A stretch of 64,000 bases of DNA from an uncultured Candidatus Rokubacteria bacterium (GCA_963805625.1 CAWDVE010000010.1:1056001-1120000), one strand, 5' to 3'; shown: positions 19,470 to 28,605, counted from the first letter of the stretch. Made by a program: numbers and translations. The notes: generated by a model from the letters alone, not told the origin.

Positions 19470-20744
19470 TCAGGGTGATCGCACAATTCCACCGCGGTCG
19501 CGGCGCGATGGGGCGAGCGACCTGGCGATGGGGCCGGGCCGAATCTCGCGCCAGGCGAAGCTCTCCCAGATGAGCCGCGCGAACCTGCCTCCCGTCAGGT
19601 AGCGGTCAACAGCTAACAATGCGTCGAGGACGTCAAAGTAATTGAGGTAGAGCGGCGACAGCCGTCGCCATACGTGCGCGAGCCCAGTTCCGAGATAGTC
19701 ACGCGTCTGCTGGAGCACCACCTTAAACGCTTCATGCCGGCCGTCGTAGGCAGCGGCGAACCGAGCCTCGATCTCTGGGTCGTCCACGGTGACTCCCGAG
19801 ACCCGGCCCGACGCGCGGTCCAGGTCGGCGCCGATGAGCCCAGCGTCGACGAGGAACTGCTGGTACACGTCAACGAAGATGTCGAAGATGGCACCCGTCA
19901 GCGGCTGAGACAGATCGTGGAGCGCGCACGAGATGTTCTCGACTCTGGAGACGTCTTCCACGTCAGACATGCACAGATCGTTGTCGGCGATCCGGATCTG
20001 GGCGGTCTCCGACAGTTCGCCGATACGGTTCAGCTCGCTCAGGTAATAGAGGTTGCCGGCGGAGCGTCGGAGAACGTGATCGAGCACCGCATGAAAGTGC
20101 AGGCATCCCACAAGGGCAACCAGGTCGGCGAAAGACTCGTGAAAACCGAAGAATTGATCGGTCCGAGCGTCCGGCGGGGGGGTTCCGACTTCCGAATAGA
20201 TCAGGAGGTGCCCCACCTCGTGGGCGAGCACGTCGAAGTTCTGCCAGTGGAGGCGCGGCACACCTCGCTCGTCCAGAGCATATCCAACCTCGATGAAGCC
20301 GAACCCGGACTGGGCATTCGCCCAGTCGATGTAGGGTATGAGCTCGAGGCGATTGTGGGTTCGTCGGAAATGCCACTCGATCCGGTGGCCAGCGTAGGCC
20401 TCCCAGATGTCCAGGACGCGCCGAACCGTCGCGTACATGTGTGCGGACCGGAATTCGGGACTGTCGACCTCCAGATGGTCGAAGTGCCCATCCGGGCCGG
20501 ACAAGGTGGGCGGAAAGGCGGGGCCGACGTATGGCGGCAAGTAGGGGAAATCGTAGGGACCGGGCTTTCCGATCGCGTCGACCACGTACATGCGCTCATC
20601 GGCGGGACCCGGCGCGATCGTCCCCGGTGCTCGAGCGATCCACACCCTCTCCGGCTCACGGAACGCCGCGAGCGCAGGGTCTTGCGCGAATAGCCAGAAT
20701 CGGGTGCCGCGTCCGAGGGTGATCGGGTCCCAGTGAGAGGTCAC
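19470..20744 (-). CDS. Zinc metallopeptidase, gluzincin (M4/M36-like), no evident signal peptide
   Basis: NA, DVLAHEVGH (HExxH), downstream FHESFAD (ExxxD), and a later H..S...TGA.FD segment. Confidence 0.8.
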   Translation of the reverse strand: MTSHWDPITLGRGTRFWLFAQDPALAAFREPERVWIARAPGTIAPGPADERMYVVDAIGKPGPYDFPYLPPYVGPAFPPTLSGPDGHFDHLEVDSPEFRSAHMYATVRRVLDIWEAYAGHRIEWHFRRTHNRLELIPYIDWANAQSGFGFIEVGYALDERGVPRLHWQNFDVLAHEVGHLLIYSEVGTPPPDARTDQFFGFHESFADLVALVGCLHFHAVLDHVLRRSAGNLYYLSELNRIGELSETAQIRIADNDLCMSDVEDVSRVENISCALHDLSQPLTGAIFDIFVDVYQQFLVDAGLIGADLDRASGRVSGVTVDDPEIEARFAAAYDGRHEAFKVVLQQTRDYLGTGLAHVWRRLSPLYLNYFDVLDALLAVDRYLTGGRFARLIWESFAWREIRPGPIARSLAPSRRDRGGIVRSP

Positions 20745-20747
20745 GCC

Positions 20748-22124
20748 TCACTCCTCGGGGTTGCGCGTGATACCGTCGGGCGTGTCGCCCCGCGTCACGT
20801 GGATCCATTCACGCCAGAGCGCCCGGTAGAACGACCCCGTGTCGGGGAAGCCGATGTCCACCGCGTGCTGCGCGATGTCATCGGGTACCGGGACGCCGAG
20901 GCGTTTCTCGAAGTACCAGAGCGTCAGCTCGAACTTCGTGCGCTCGTCGAGCTGATCCTCGACGGGGTCCGCTCCGGCCCGCGCGCGCCGCTTCATCCGA
21001 GCCCGCGCCGCGTAGCGCGTGTAGTCACCCCGGACGCGGAGATCATCCAGGAGATGGGCCTCGGCTCGTGGTCGGGCCAGCGCCTCCAGCTGCTCGATCC
21101 GCGCCTCCTCGTCGATCAGCCGGCCAAAGCTGGCGGGCGTGAGGTCGTTCTCTGCCAACCAGCGGTCGAGCGCTCCGCCGCCGAACAGGCCTAGGCGGCG
21201 CCGCAGTCTCGCAGCCGCCCGACGCCGAGCCTCATCGCTGGGCGCGAGCCCCTCCGACTCGCACTCTCGCAGCGTCGCCATCCGCATCAACCCCGCCCGT
21301 CTGGCCTCCACGTAGGCCCGGCCGTCCAGACGAAGCTCGTCGAGCAGCATTTCTGGCTCGAGCTCCAGTCGCTCGAAGTCCTGGGTGGCCCGGTTCCACA
21401 TCGCGCTCGCCTGGAACACGTATTCGACCCGAGCCGGCGGAGGATCGCCGACGAGAAAGTCCCTCATGGTCGTCAACATGGCAAGCGCGTCCAGCCGCTT
21501 CTGGTTGATAGACCCAGTCGGTAGCCAAGCGCGAAGCGCGTCGAGGTCCGTGACCGCGAGACCATGCTTGGCGCCGCAGGCCAGAAGCCGCTGGTACGAA
21601 CGATCGGGATAGAAGAGCTCCTTCGCGAGCCGGACGAGCATATCCCGGATGGTCGCCGAGACGACCCCCGCCTCCTGGGCTGATGCTAGCGTGCATCGGA
21701 TGTTGACCATGGCTTCGGAGAGGGGAACGAAGCCAACCTCGGCCGCACCGTGAACCACTGCGACCTCGTCGTCGTCTTCGAACGCCTCTGCCTGATAGGG
21801 CGCGAGGCTCCCGTCGCGATAGGCCTCGAAGATCCGGCCTATCCCCTTCATGCCGAATGCCGCGAGCTCGGCCGCTCGCAGAGCACCCATGCTTGCGCTC
21901 CCGAAGACATGGACACCCTGGGCCATCGCCCACAGAATTTCCTTGTGCCAGACGGATGGAACCTGCTGGAAATAGCCGTCGATGATGCCCAGGGCACGAG
22001 GTCGATGATGCGCGACCGCCCGATACACGTCTCCCTGCTGCGCCGGAGGCAGATAGACGGCATCCAGCACAGACCTCGCATCCGATACAGGGAGCGTGGG
22101 TCCGGTGAATACGCAGGTCGTCAT
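20748..22124 (-). CDS. tfuA: TfuA-like protein with C-terminal helical extension
   Basis: VFTGPT, PPAQQGD, IDGYF...SVWHKEIL, GSASMGALRAAEL, EDDDEVAV.H, LSEAMVNIR, QKRLDA. Overlaps the YcaO stop (ATGA). Confidence 0.93.
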   Translation of the reverse strand: MTTCVFTGPTLPVSDARSVLDAVYLPPAQQGDVYRAVAHHRPRALGIIDGYFQQVPSVWHKEILWAMAQGVHVFGSASMGALRAAELAAFGMKGIGRIFEAYRDGSLAPYQAEAFEDDDEVAVVHGAAEVGFVPLSEAMVNIRCTLASAQEAGVVSATIRDMLVRLAKELFYPDRSYQRLLACGAKHGLAVTDLDALRAWLPTGSINQKRLDALAMLTTMRDFLVGDPPPARVEYVFQASAMWNRATQDFERLELEPEMLLDELRLDGRAYVEARRAGLMRMATLRECESEGLAPSDEARRRAAARLRRRLGLFGGGALDRWLAENDLTPASFGRLIDEEARIEQLEALARPRAEAHLLDDLRVRGDYTRYAARARMKRRARAGADPVEDQLDERTKFELTLWYFEKRLGVPVPDDIAQHAVDIGFPDTGSFYRALWREWIHVTRGDTPDGITRNPEE

Positions 22125-23473
22125 GCCAGCCGACCACTCACGGCGCGGGCCCGCGGCCCTGGCACGTACTTGCCGCGCTCGCCGTCGTCGAGTCCCTCCA
22201 GGCCGGGGATTAGGACCCGAACGACCGGTATGCCCAGCTCCGGCTTGGTCAAGTTCACCGCGACGACTTGCCGAATCCCCACGGCGCGGAGATGTTCCAG
22301 AGCCCAGGTCACATCCTCGTCGAGACTATCCTGGTCGCGAGTGGGCACGTCGTGAAAGTCGCCGGTGGCCGTGTCGGCCGCCATCAGGCTGCGACATTCC
22401 TTCAGGCGTCGAGCGCGCTGCGCCGGCGTGTAGTCCTCTGCCCAGAAGTCGTCGCGGGAGCCAGCGATGTAGGTGGTGCGAGCCTGAGCGGCCTCGGTCA
22501 GCGCGCGGAGCAGAGCGATACCGCGCGCGGGATGGCAGCCGGCGGCGAACTCAGGGTCGGCGCCATCGTCGTCCCGCCCGAGCACCAGGCAGGTGAATGA
22601 CGCGATGCCGACATCGGAGGTGGTGTCCCACACCTTCACGGCAATGTCGGCGCGCGCGAACTGGTCGAGCACCCAGCGACATGCGTCGTCGTTGACAGTC
22701 TCGAGGTCCAGCGCGCGCCGTGACCTCCGGGGCGTGTGCTTCCACAACGCGCTCGCGTCGCGCTCGATCACCTCGTGTATCCCATGGCTGATGGCTTCGA
22801 GCATGTGGTTGCCTGATGCGAGCCCGTTCGTGTTAGCGAGAAAGCACCCGTGCGCGGGGCCACGAGGCATCGTGTAGTCCGTATGCACTAATTCGTATGG
22901 CACCCAGCACGGAGACTGGCTGATGAGATCTTCGCCCTCGATCCACAACAATGGCTCATCGTCGGTATAGGAGCTCGTCTTGGCGCGTGGGAGTGCGGCC
23001 ACGTCGATCAGGGGATGAGTGCGCCCGAGCTCGCGATACGTCCCTAGCTTGAGAGAGGAGGTGATGGTCTCGGCGTGAAAAGTCTCGACCGCTTCCATCA
23101 GCCCGGATGCCTTGGCCGCGGCCAGGTCCAGACCCTTGCCTTGGGACACGGCGATGGAACGAGAGTTCGGTCGGCAGACCATGACAACCGGGACACCGAT
23201 CCGATCGAGGCCGGTGATGTTGGCGACGCGGGTTATGCCCATCTGGGAGGCAAGCGGCCCGATTCGTTTCAGCGTATCCGCCGGGGCCACCGTTCGGTGG
23301 GTCCCGAGACGATGGGCCTTGACGGCTTCAGCGGTCGGTGTCGCGGCAGTTGAGCAGCCCCCTCCGAAGTGACCGGTCCCGTCCCCCTCCGCGCGCTGGG
23401 CACCACGAACGGCAGTCGTGGACGACCGGGGCAGGCCCGCTGCGGACTGGGGGCTCAAGTCAGGATCGTCCAT
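22121..23473 (-). CDS. ycaO: YcaO-like protein (TfuA-associated, thioamide-forming type)
   Basis: GITRVANITGLDRIG, SQGKG, ASGLMEAVE, NTNGLASGN, EVIERDA, RALTEAAQAR..IAGSRDD, VVRVLIPGLE. Start uncertain (ATG 23473). Confidence 0.93.
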   Translation of the reverse strand: MDDPDLSPQSAAGLPRSSTTAVRGAQRAEGDGTGHFGGGCSTAATPTAEAVKAHRLGTHRTVAPADTLKRIGPLASQMGITRVANITGLDRIGVPVVMVCRPNSRSIAVSQGKGLDLAAAKASGLMEAVETFHAETITSSLKLGTYRELGRTHPLIDVAALPRAKTSSYTDDEPLLWIEGEDLISQSPCWVPYELVHTDYTMPRGPAHGCFLANTNGLASGNHMLEAISHGIHEVIERDASALWKHTPRRSRRALDLETVNDDACRWVLDQFARADIAVKVWDTTSDVGIASFTCLVLGRDDDGADPEFAAGCHPARGIALLRALTEAAQARTTYIAGSRDDFWAEDYTPAQRARRLKECRSLMAADTATGDFHDVPTRDQDSLDEDVTWALEHLRAVGIRQVVAVNLTKPELGIPVVRVLIPGLEGLDDGERGKYVPGPRARAVSGRLA

Positions 23474-23486
23474 TGCGCCCCGCTCA

Positions 23487-26400
23487 CTAGGAGGTCGTCC
23501 CGGGTGCGGGAGTGGGAGCCAGCTCTTCAAGCAGCGCGCGTGCCTCGAGTAGGTCGACCGTGTCGAAACCCTCCCGGAACCACTCATAGACGGGGACCAG
23601 CAACCCACGTGCAGCAGCGTGTCGATCTCGTCGACGCTCGAGCATAGCCAGACTCATGGCCGCTCTCAGTTCGAGCGCTCGGGCCTTCTGCTGGCAGGCA
23701 ACTGACAGAGCCCTACGGAACTCGGCTTCCGCCTCGCTGACCCGCGGAGGCGACAACGCCAGGAGGGCCTCCCCTCGGCTCCGGTGGAGCTCCGCAGTCC
23801 AGTAGCACAGCCCCATCTGTTCCGTCTCGGCGAAAGCCTCGTCGAGCATGTCCAAGGCCAGCTCCGGCTGGCCTGCCTTGACGCACGCGGTGGCGAGCAT
23901 CTCCCTCAGGATCGGGAAGTCCTCGCCAGTGACCATGGCCTTCAGCTCGTCGAGTCCTTGACGCATATATTCGATGCCGCGCTCGGGCTCGCCCAGCTCG
24001 GCCAGCGCCCAGCCCTGGAACACCGTGCCCTTGACCCGATAGGCCGGGAATCCGTGGGCCTCCGAGTACTGGATGAGCTCATCGGCGCGGCCCTGGACGG
24101 TCCAGGCGTCGCGGCGATAGCGGTGCAGTAGCAGGCTCATGTCGAGCGCGTGTACGAGCGAGCCCGCATGCGCGAGACGGCGCGCCCACACCATCGCCTC
24201 CCCGCCCGCCGCGAGCGCCTGATCCGGGAACCCGAGCAGCCACAGCGAGAACGCGCGCTCCCCCGCCCCGCACACCTTCGGGTCGTGCCCGCCGTAGACC
24301 GCCACGTGGGCGCGGTAGTTTCCGGCGTCATACAGGCGCACGCCCTCGCGGACGTGCTCACAGCACTCTTCGTGCCGGCCCAGGTGGAACAGACTGGCCC
24401 AGAGACAGTGGTGGGCTTGAAGACTGAGGCCAGGGTCGCCCAGCCCGTCGGCCAGTGTCAGCAGTTTCTGCCCTATCTCGAGTCCCGTCTCGAAGCGTTC
24501 GGAGATACGCCATGCACCCCACATCGCGGTGAAGTGCTGGGGGGAGTCGGGGAGAGAAGAACAAAGCTCCAAGGCCCGGGCATAGGTCTGCGCCACCTCG
24601 ATCGTCCGCGGCCCTTTCGTGTTGATGAGCACGGGGCCCAGCGTGAGGAGCAGGTCGAGCTCCCCCCGTCGACGTTCGGTCGTTTCAGGAAGAGTGGCGA
24701 GGAGATCCAGCCCCTTCTTCAGGTGGGAGATCGCCTCCACGTTCGCTGACCGCTCACTCGCGCGTCGTCCGGCCAAGTGCCGATAGTGGAGTGCCTTCGG
24801 ACCGAGATGGGCCTCCGTGCAATGATGCGCGACCAGTTCAGGGCTCGCCTCCAGCGTCTCCGGAAACTGGGTCTCCAGCACCTCGGCGATCCGCGCATGG
24901 AGCGCCTGGCGCTGGGTGAGCAGGAGGCTTCCGTAGGCCGCGTCCTGGACGAGCGCGTGCTTGAACGAGTAGGTCGCACGGGGCGCTGTACCGTCGCACA
25001 GTATGAGCTGCGCGTCGACGAGCTCGTCGAGCGCCGCGTCCAGCTCGGTGTCTGGCATAGACGCTACCGCGGTTAGCAGCTCGTACGAGAATTGGCGTCC
25101 GATCGCGCTCCCGATCTGGGCAACCTTCGGGCCGGAAGCGAGCTGGTCAAGGCGCGCCATTAGTGAATCGTGGAGCGTCGCCGGGATCGCGAGAGGCGGA
25201 ATGGCGCCGGTGAGCTCGTACCGGTCTTCGTGTTCCTGGACCAGCCCGGATTCGAGCACCGTCTTCGTCAGCTCCTCGATGAATAGCGGCACGCCGTCCG
25301 TCTTGGTGACGATGTGCTGCAGGATCTGCTCGGGCAGGGACTTTCCGTTGGCCACCCGCCGCGCGATCTCGGCCGCTTCCGTCGGACTCAGCCGGTTCAA
25401 GGTGCAGCGCGTGACATGGGGCTGCCTGGGCCATTTTGGCGCGTAGCTCGGTCGGCAGGTGATGACCGCCAGCATCCGCTGGCTCCCGGCACGCTCCACG
25501 AGGACATCGAGCCACTCCTGCGAGGTGGGGTCGATCCAGTGCACGTCCTCGAACACCAGGAGCAAACCCGGCTCCTTGGCGAGACCCTCGACCAGGCTCT
25601 GAAGTGCGGCCAGTGTCTGTTCTCGTCGACGCTGCTGCGTCACGCCGACTGGCGCATAGCGATCTCCCGTCGAGACAGAGACGAGAGGGGCGAGCAACGG
25701 GACCATCGTCTCAACAGGGTGGCCGCACTGAGCAAGCAGCGCCTCGAGCCTCGCCAGCTTCCGCTCCATCGAGTCCTCACGCTCGAACTCGGCGAGGCGT
25801 TCCAATGCGGTACCGAGCGGGTAGAGTGCACTGTTTGCGTGATGTGGCGAACACTGGAGCAAGACGACTCGCTGCGGCTCTTGCGCGATCTGCTCTCCGA
25901 GATTCTGGATGATTCGAGACTTTCCGATCCCCGGCTCGCCGCTCAGCAGCACCACTTGCCCCTGACCGCTCATGGCATCGTTCCATCGCCGCATGAGAAG
26001 ACCGAATTCTTCCTTCCGGCCGACGAGCGGCGTGAGGCCGGCAGGGTGCGCGGCTTCGAATCGGCTCAGGGTCTCGTTCAGGTGCATGACCCGCCAAACC
26101 CGAATCGGGCGGGACATGCCCTTCAGGGTAGCGAAGCCAAGGTCCTCGCATACGAATCGGTCCCCGACCAGATGACGTGTTTCGTCGGTGATTACCACGG
26201 CGTTCGGGTCCGCCGCGGCCTGCAGGCGCGCCGCGAGATTCAGGGTCTCCCCGACCAGACCGGCCTCCTCCCCCGGGCGCCCGCCAGGAGAATCACCCGC
26301 GACCACCAAACCCGTCGCGATTCCCACGCGAACCGCCAGCTGGATGTTCGCAGCACCGATCGGCACCGGCCGAAGCTCCCTCACGGCTTCCACGATCCCA

Positions 26401-26876
26401 AGACCCGCCCGCACGGCACGCTCAGCATCATCTTCGTGCGCCATCGGATACCCGAAGTTCGCGAGAATGCCGTCACCGAGATACTGTGCGACGTGACCAC
26501 CAAACCGCCGGACTACGGAGGAGCAGGTGGTCAAATAGGTTCGGATGAGCCCCCGGAGGTCCTCTGGATCCAACTGGCCCGATATGGAAGTGGACCCGAC
26601 AAGGTCGGCAAACAGGACGGTCACACGTCTTCGCTCGGCCTGACGCGCCCCTGGGGAGACGCTGCGTGGATTCTGGGTAGCCGTGGACGGCGACCGATCC
26701 GGGGGCATGGGTGAGCCAAGGCCGTGAGCGAGCACGGCGCCACATTCCCCGCAGAACTCGAAGTGCGTTGGGTTCTTGAAGCCGCAGGCGGGACATGCGT
26801 TCCTCAGCAGCCGGCCACACCCGCCACAGAACCTCGACGAATCCGGATTGTCGAACGCACAGGCGGCGCACTTCAA
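23487..26876 (-). CDS. Double zinc ribbon + class III adenylate/guanylate cyclase + AAA/STAND-type ATPase + TPR-like protein
   Basis: Four CxxC pairs; FADLVGST, YLGDG, VRVGIATG, NLAARLQ; Walker A GEPGIGKS; Walker B FEDVHW; helical C-terminus. TTG start at 26876 after AAGGGGG. Confidence 0.92.
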   Translation of the reverse strand: MKCAACAFDNPDSSRFCGGCGRLLRNACPACGFKNPTHFEFCGECGAVLAHGLGSPMPPDRSPSTATQNPRSVSPGARQAERRRVTVLFADLVGSTSISGQLDPEDLRGLIRTYLTTCSSVVRRFGGHVAQYLGDGILANFGYPMAHEDDAERAVRAGLGIVEAVRELRPVPIGAANIQLAVRVGIATGLVVAGDSPGGRPGEEAGLVGETLNLAARLQAAADPNAVVITDETRHLVGDRFVCEDLGFATLKGMSRPIRVWRVMHLNETLSRFEAAHPAGLTPLVGRKEEFGLLMRRWNDAMSGQGQVVLLSGEPGIGKSRIIQNLGEQIAQEPQRVVLLQCSPHHANSALYPLGTALERLAEFEREDSMERKLARLEALLAQCGHPVETMVPLLAPLVSVSTGDRYAPVGVTQQRRREQTLAALQSLVEGLAKEPGLLLVFEDVHWIDPTSQEWLDVLVERAGSQRMLAVITCRPSYAPKWPRQPHVTRCTLNRLSPTEAAEIARRVANGKSLPEQILQHIVTKTDGVPLFIEELTKTVLESGLVQEHEDRYELTGAIPPLAIPATLHDSLMARLDQLASGPKVAQIGSAIGRQFSYELLTAVASMPDTELDAALDELVDAQLILCDGTAPRATYSFKHALVQDAAYGSLLLTQRQALHARIAEVLETQFPETLEASPELVAHHCTEAHLGPKALHYRHLAGRRASERSANVEAISHLKKGLDLLATLPETTERRRGELDLLLTLGPVLINTKGPRTIEVAQTYARALELCSSLPDSPQHFTAMWGAWRISERFETGLEIGQKLLTLADGLGDPGLSLQAHHCLWASLFHLGRHEECCEHVREGVRLYDAGNYRAHVAVYGGHDPKVCGAGERAFSLWLLGFPDQALAAGGEAMVWARRLAHAGSLVHALDMSLLLHRYRRDAWTVQGRADELIQYSEAHGFPAYRVKGTVFQGWALAELGEPERGIEYMRQGLDELKAMVTGEDFPILREMLATACVKAGQPELALDMLDEAFAETEQMGLCYWTAELHRSRGEALLALSPPRVSEAEAEFRRALSVACQQKARALELRAAMSLAMLERRRDRHAAARGLLVPVYEWFREGFDTVDLLEARALLEELAPTPAPGTTS

Positions 26877-26924
26877 GCCGAACCCCCTTCTTCGGGCAGC
26901 CGGCCTACTGAGGAGGTGGCGGTG

Positions 26925-26953
26925 ACAGTAAGGCAGCCACGGCAGCTTGTCAA
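26925..26953 (-). promoter_or_regulatory. sigma70-type promoter of the cyclase-YcaO-TfuA operon
   Basis: Minus strand reads TTGACA-17 nt-TACTGT, about 50 nt upstream of the TTG start. Confidence 0.65.
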
Positions 26954-27043
26954 GTCGACGTCTCACTATCGTCGCACGTTCCCATCGCCGTTTGGGATCA
27001 ATGGTGTCACGTCGACCCCGAAGACTGATGCGACTGCGACCGA

Positions 27044-27057
27044 TGATTCATGAATCA
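27044..27057. promoter_or_regulatory. Perfect 14-bp palindrome TGATTCATGAATCA, putative operator
   Basis: AT-rich perfect palindrome about 90 bp upstream of the -35 box. Confidence 0.4.
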
Positions 27058-27121
27058 AAAAGGCCTCCAATGCGATCCCTGCTCATCCCAGCAATCCGCC
27101 GCGCCAAGCCCCAGCGTATGA

Positions 27122-27140
27122 AAGTCAAAGTCTGACCCCC
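27122..27140. repeat. Single arm of the REP-like element (AAGTCAAAGTCTGACCCC)
   Basis: Matches the right arm of the 28495-28579 element. Encodes the GVRL* end of the M48-like gene. Confidence 0.75.
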
Positions 27141-28444
27141 ATCCGCTCGATGCGGGCGAGACGGCGCTTGAGCGTGGGGTGTAGGCCCATGAGTAGGCCC
27201 TCGCGCTCGGTGAACGTCCCGCGCTGGGCCCGCTGCCCGGTGGTCTCCACGATGAAAAGGTGCGCGACCCCCTCGCCGCCCGGGATCACCGCGCCGGTCT
27301 CTCCCAGGTGCTGGAGCCCGCGATAGAGCCCAGTCGGGTTGCGGGTGAGCTGGACCGCCGTCGCGTCGGCGAGGTAGCGCCGGCTCCGCCAGAGCAGGCC
27401 CACCGGTAGGCTCGCGAACAGTAGGAGGAAGCCCGTGGCGGCCGTGGCGAAGGCGAGCAGCGCGAGGAGCGGCGGGCAGATGCGGACGAGGATGCTCCCC
27501 AGCCGGCCGAAGTACTCGCGACCGAGTCCTGCCACCGGGTCGTCCCCGCCGCCCCCGGCCCCGAAGCGCTGCCGGTGCTCTCTGAGAAGCTGGATCAGCG
27601 CTCGGGCCCGTTCGGCCCGCGACTCCGGCGACTGGAATGTGCTCCGCAAGGGAAACGTGAACCACCGCCAGGCGACCCGCCGCGGAAGCCGCGCGAACGG
27701 AGCCAGGATGACGACGATCAGAAGCTCGAGCACATAGAGGAGCGAGTGAATCTGGGCCGCGCCTCGGAGATCCCCGTTCCCAATCGAGCCGATCAGATGA
27801 GCGAGGAGGCCCTCGGTCTCCTCGCGATCGAACTCGTCCAGGAGCCGCCGGCCGACGACGACGTAGCTCTCCGTCAGGTCCGTCCCGACGGCCGCGGCGT
27901 TCGCCACCTTGGCGTCGAGGAGACGCACCTCGGGTGCCGGGATCCCGGCGGCGATCGCCATCTCCTGGACCACGTTGACGAGCTGACGCTCCTCCAGGTC
28001 CCCGGCCACAGGTGGTCGGGCGCCGATCGCGAGGAGAGTGTGCCCCACCCCTGCCGCGCGCCACACCGACCGCACCGTCAGCCAGCACACGAGCGGGAGG
28101 AGGAAGCCGATCACCCAGACCGCGTCGCCGTCGCCCGGCAGGAGGCTCGGCAGCCGGCCCACGACCCCGAGCGGGGCCAGGCCCACGTCCCAGCTGGGGT
28201 GCGCGAGACCGGCTGTCGCAGGGCTCAGGAGCGCGAGCGCGCCGATGCCGAGGCAGAGCACCGCGGGAATGAAGACGAGGGCGAAGAGGACCAGGAACAC
28301 GTTGGCGACGAAGCCCACCGCGGACACGAAGCCGCACCCGCCCACGACCAGCGCGTAGGCGAGCGTCAGACGCCACGTCGCCCGGCGGTTCCGGGCCTGG
28401 AACTCGAAGAAAGGCGTGCGCTCGGTCGGGCGGGTCTCGGCCAT
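27125..28444 (-). CDS. M48/HtpX-like membrane protein with degenerate HExxH
   Basis: FFEFQARNRRAT, L.NVVQEMAIAAG, NAAAVG, EGLLAHLIGSIGNGD, YLADATAVQLTRNP, HP....RL. Confidence 0.82.
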   Translation of the reverse strand: MAETRPTERTPFFEFQARNRRATWRLTLAYALVVGGCGFVSAVGFVANVFLVLFALVFIPAVLCLGIGALALLSPATAGLAHPSWDVGLAPLGVVGRLPSLLPGDGDAVWVIGFLLPLVCWLTVRSVWRAAGVGHTLLAIGARPPVAGDLEERQLVNVVQEMAIAAGIPAPEVRLLDAKVANAAAVGTDLTESYVVVGRRLLDEFDREETEGLLAHLIGSIGNGDLRGAAQIHSLLYVLELLIVVILAPFARLPRRVAWRWFTFPLRSTFQSPESRAERARALIQLLREHRQRFGAGGGGDDPVAGLGREYFGRLGSILVRICPPLLALLAFATAATGFLLLFASLPVGLLWRSRRYLADATAVQLTRNPTGLYRGLQHLGETGAVIPGGEGVAHLFIVETTGQRAQRGTFTEREGLLMGLHPTLKRRLARIERMGVRL

Positions 28445-28494
28445 GTCCGGCTCCGCGCGATGATCGCGCCGACACCAAGGTCGCGCAAGCCGCC

Positions 28495-28579
28495 GGGGTC
28501 AGACTTTGACCTCCCGACATTTCTCACGCGCGGGCGGCGAGCGTGCGCTCGAATTGTCAGGAGGTCAAAGTCTGACCCC
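28495..28579. repeat. REP/MITE-like inverted repeat element
   Basis: GGGGTCAGACTTTGACCTCCCGACA ... TGTCAGGAGGTCAAAGTCTGACCCC, near-perfect arms of about 25 bp. Confidence 0.9.
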
Positions 28580-28605
28580 GGCATGCTACCCTCGCGGTCA
28601 CCTCC

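Noticed and set aside
20748-23473. Assignment as a thioviridamide, thiopeptide or MCR-modification cluster
   Set aside because: No short precursor, LanD/HFCD, kinase, LanB, E1-like partner or mcrA is nearby.
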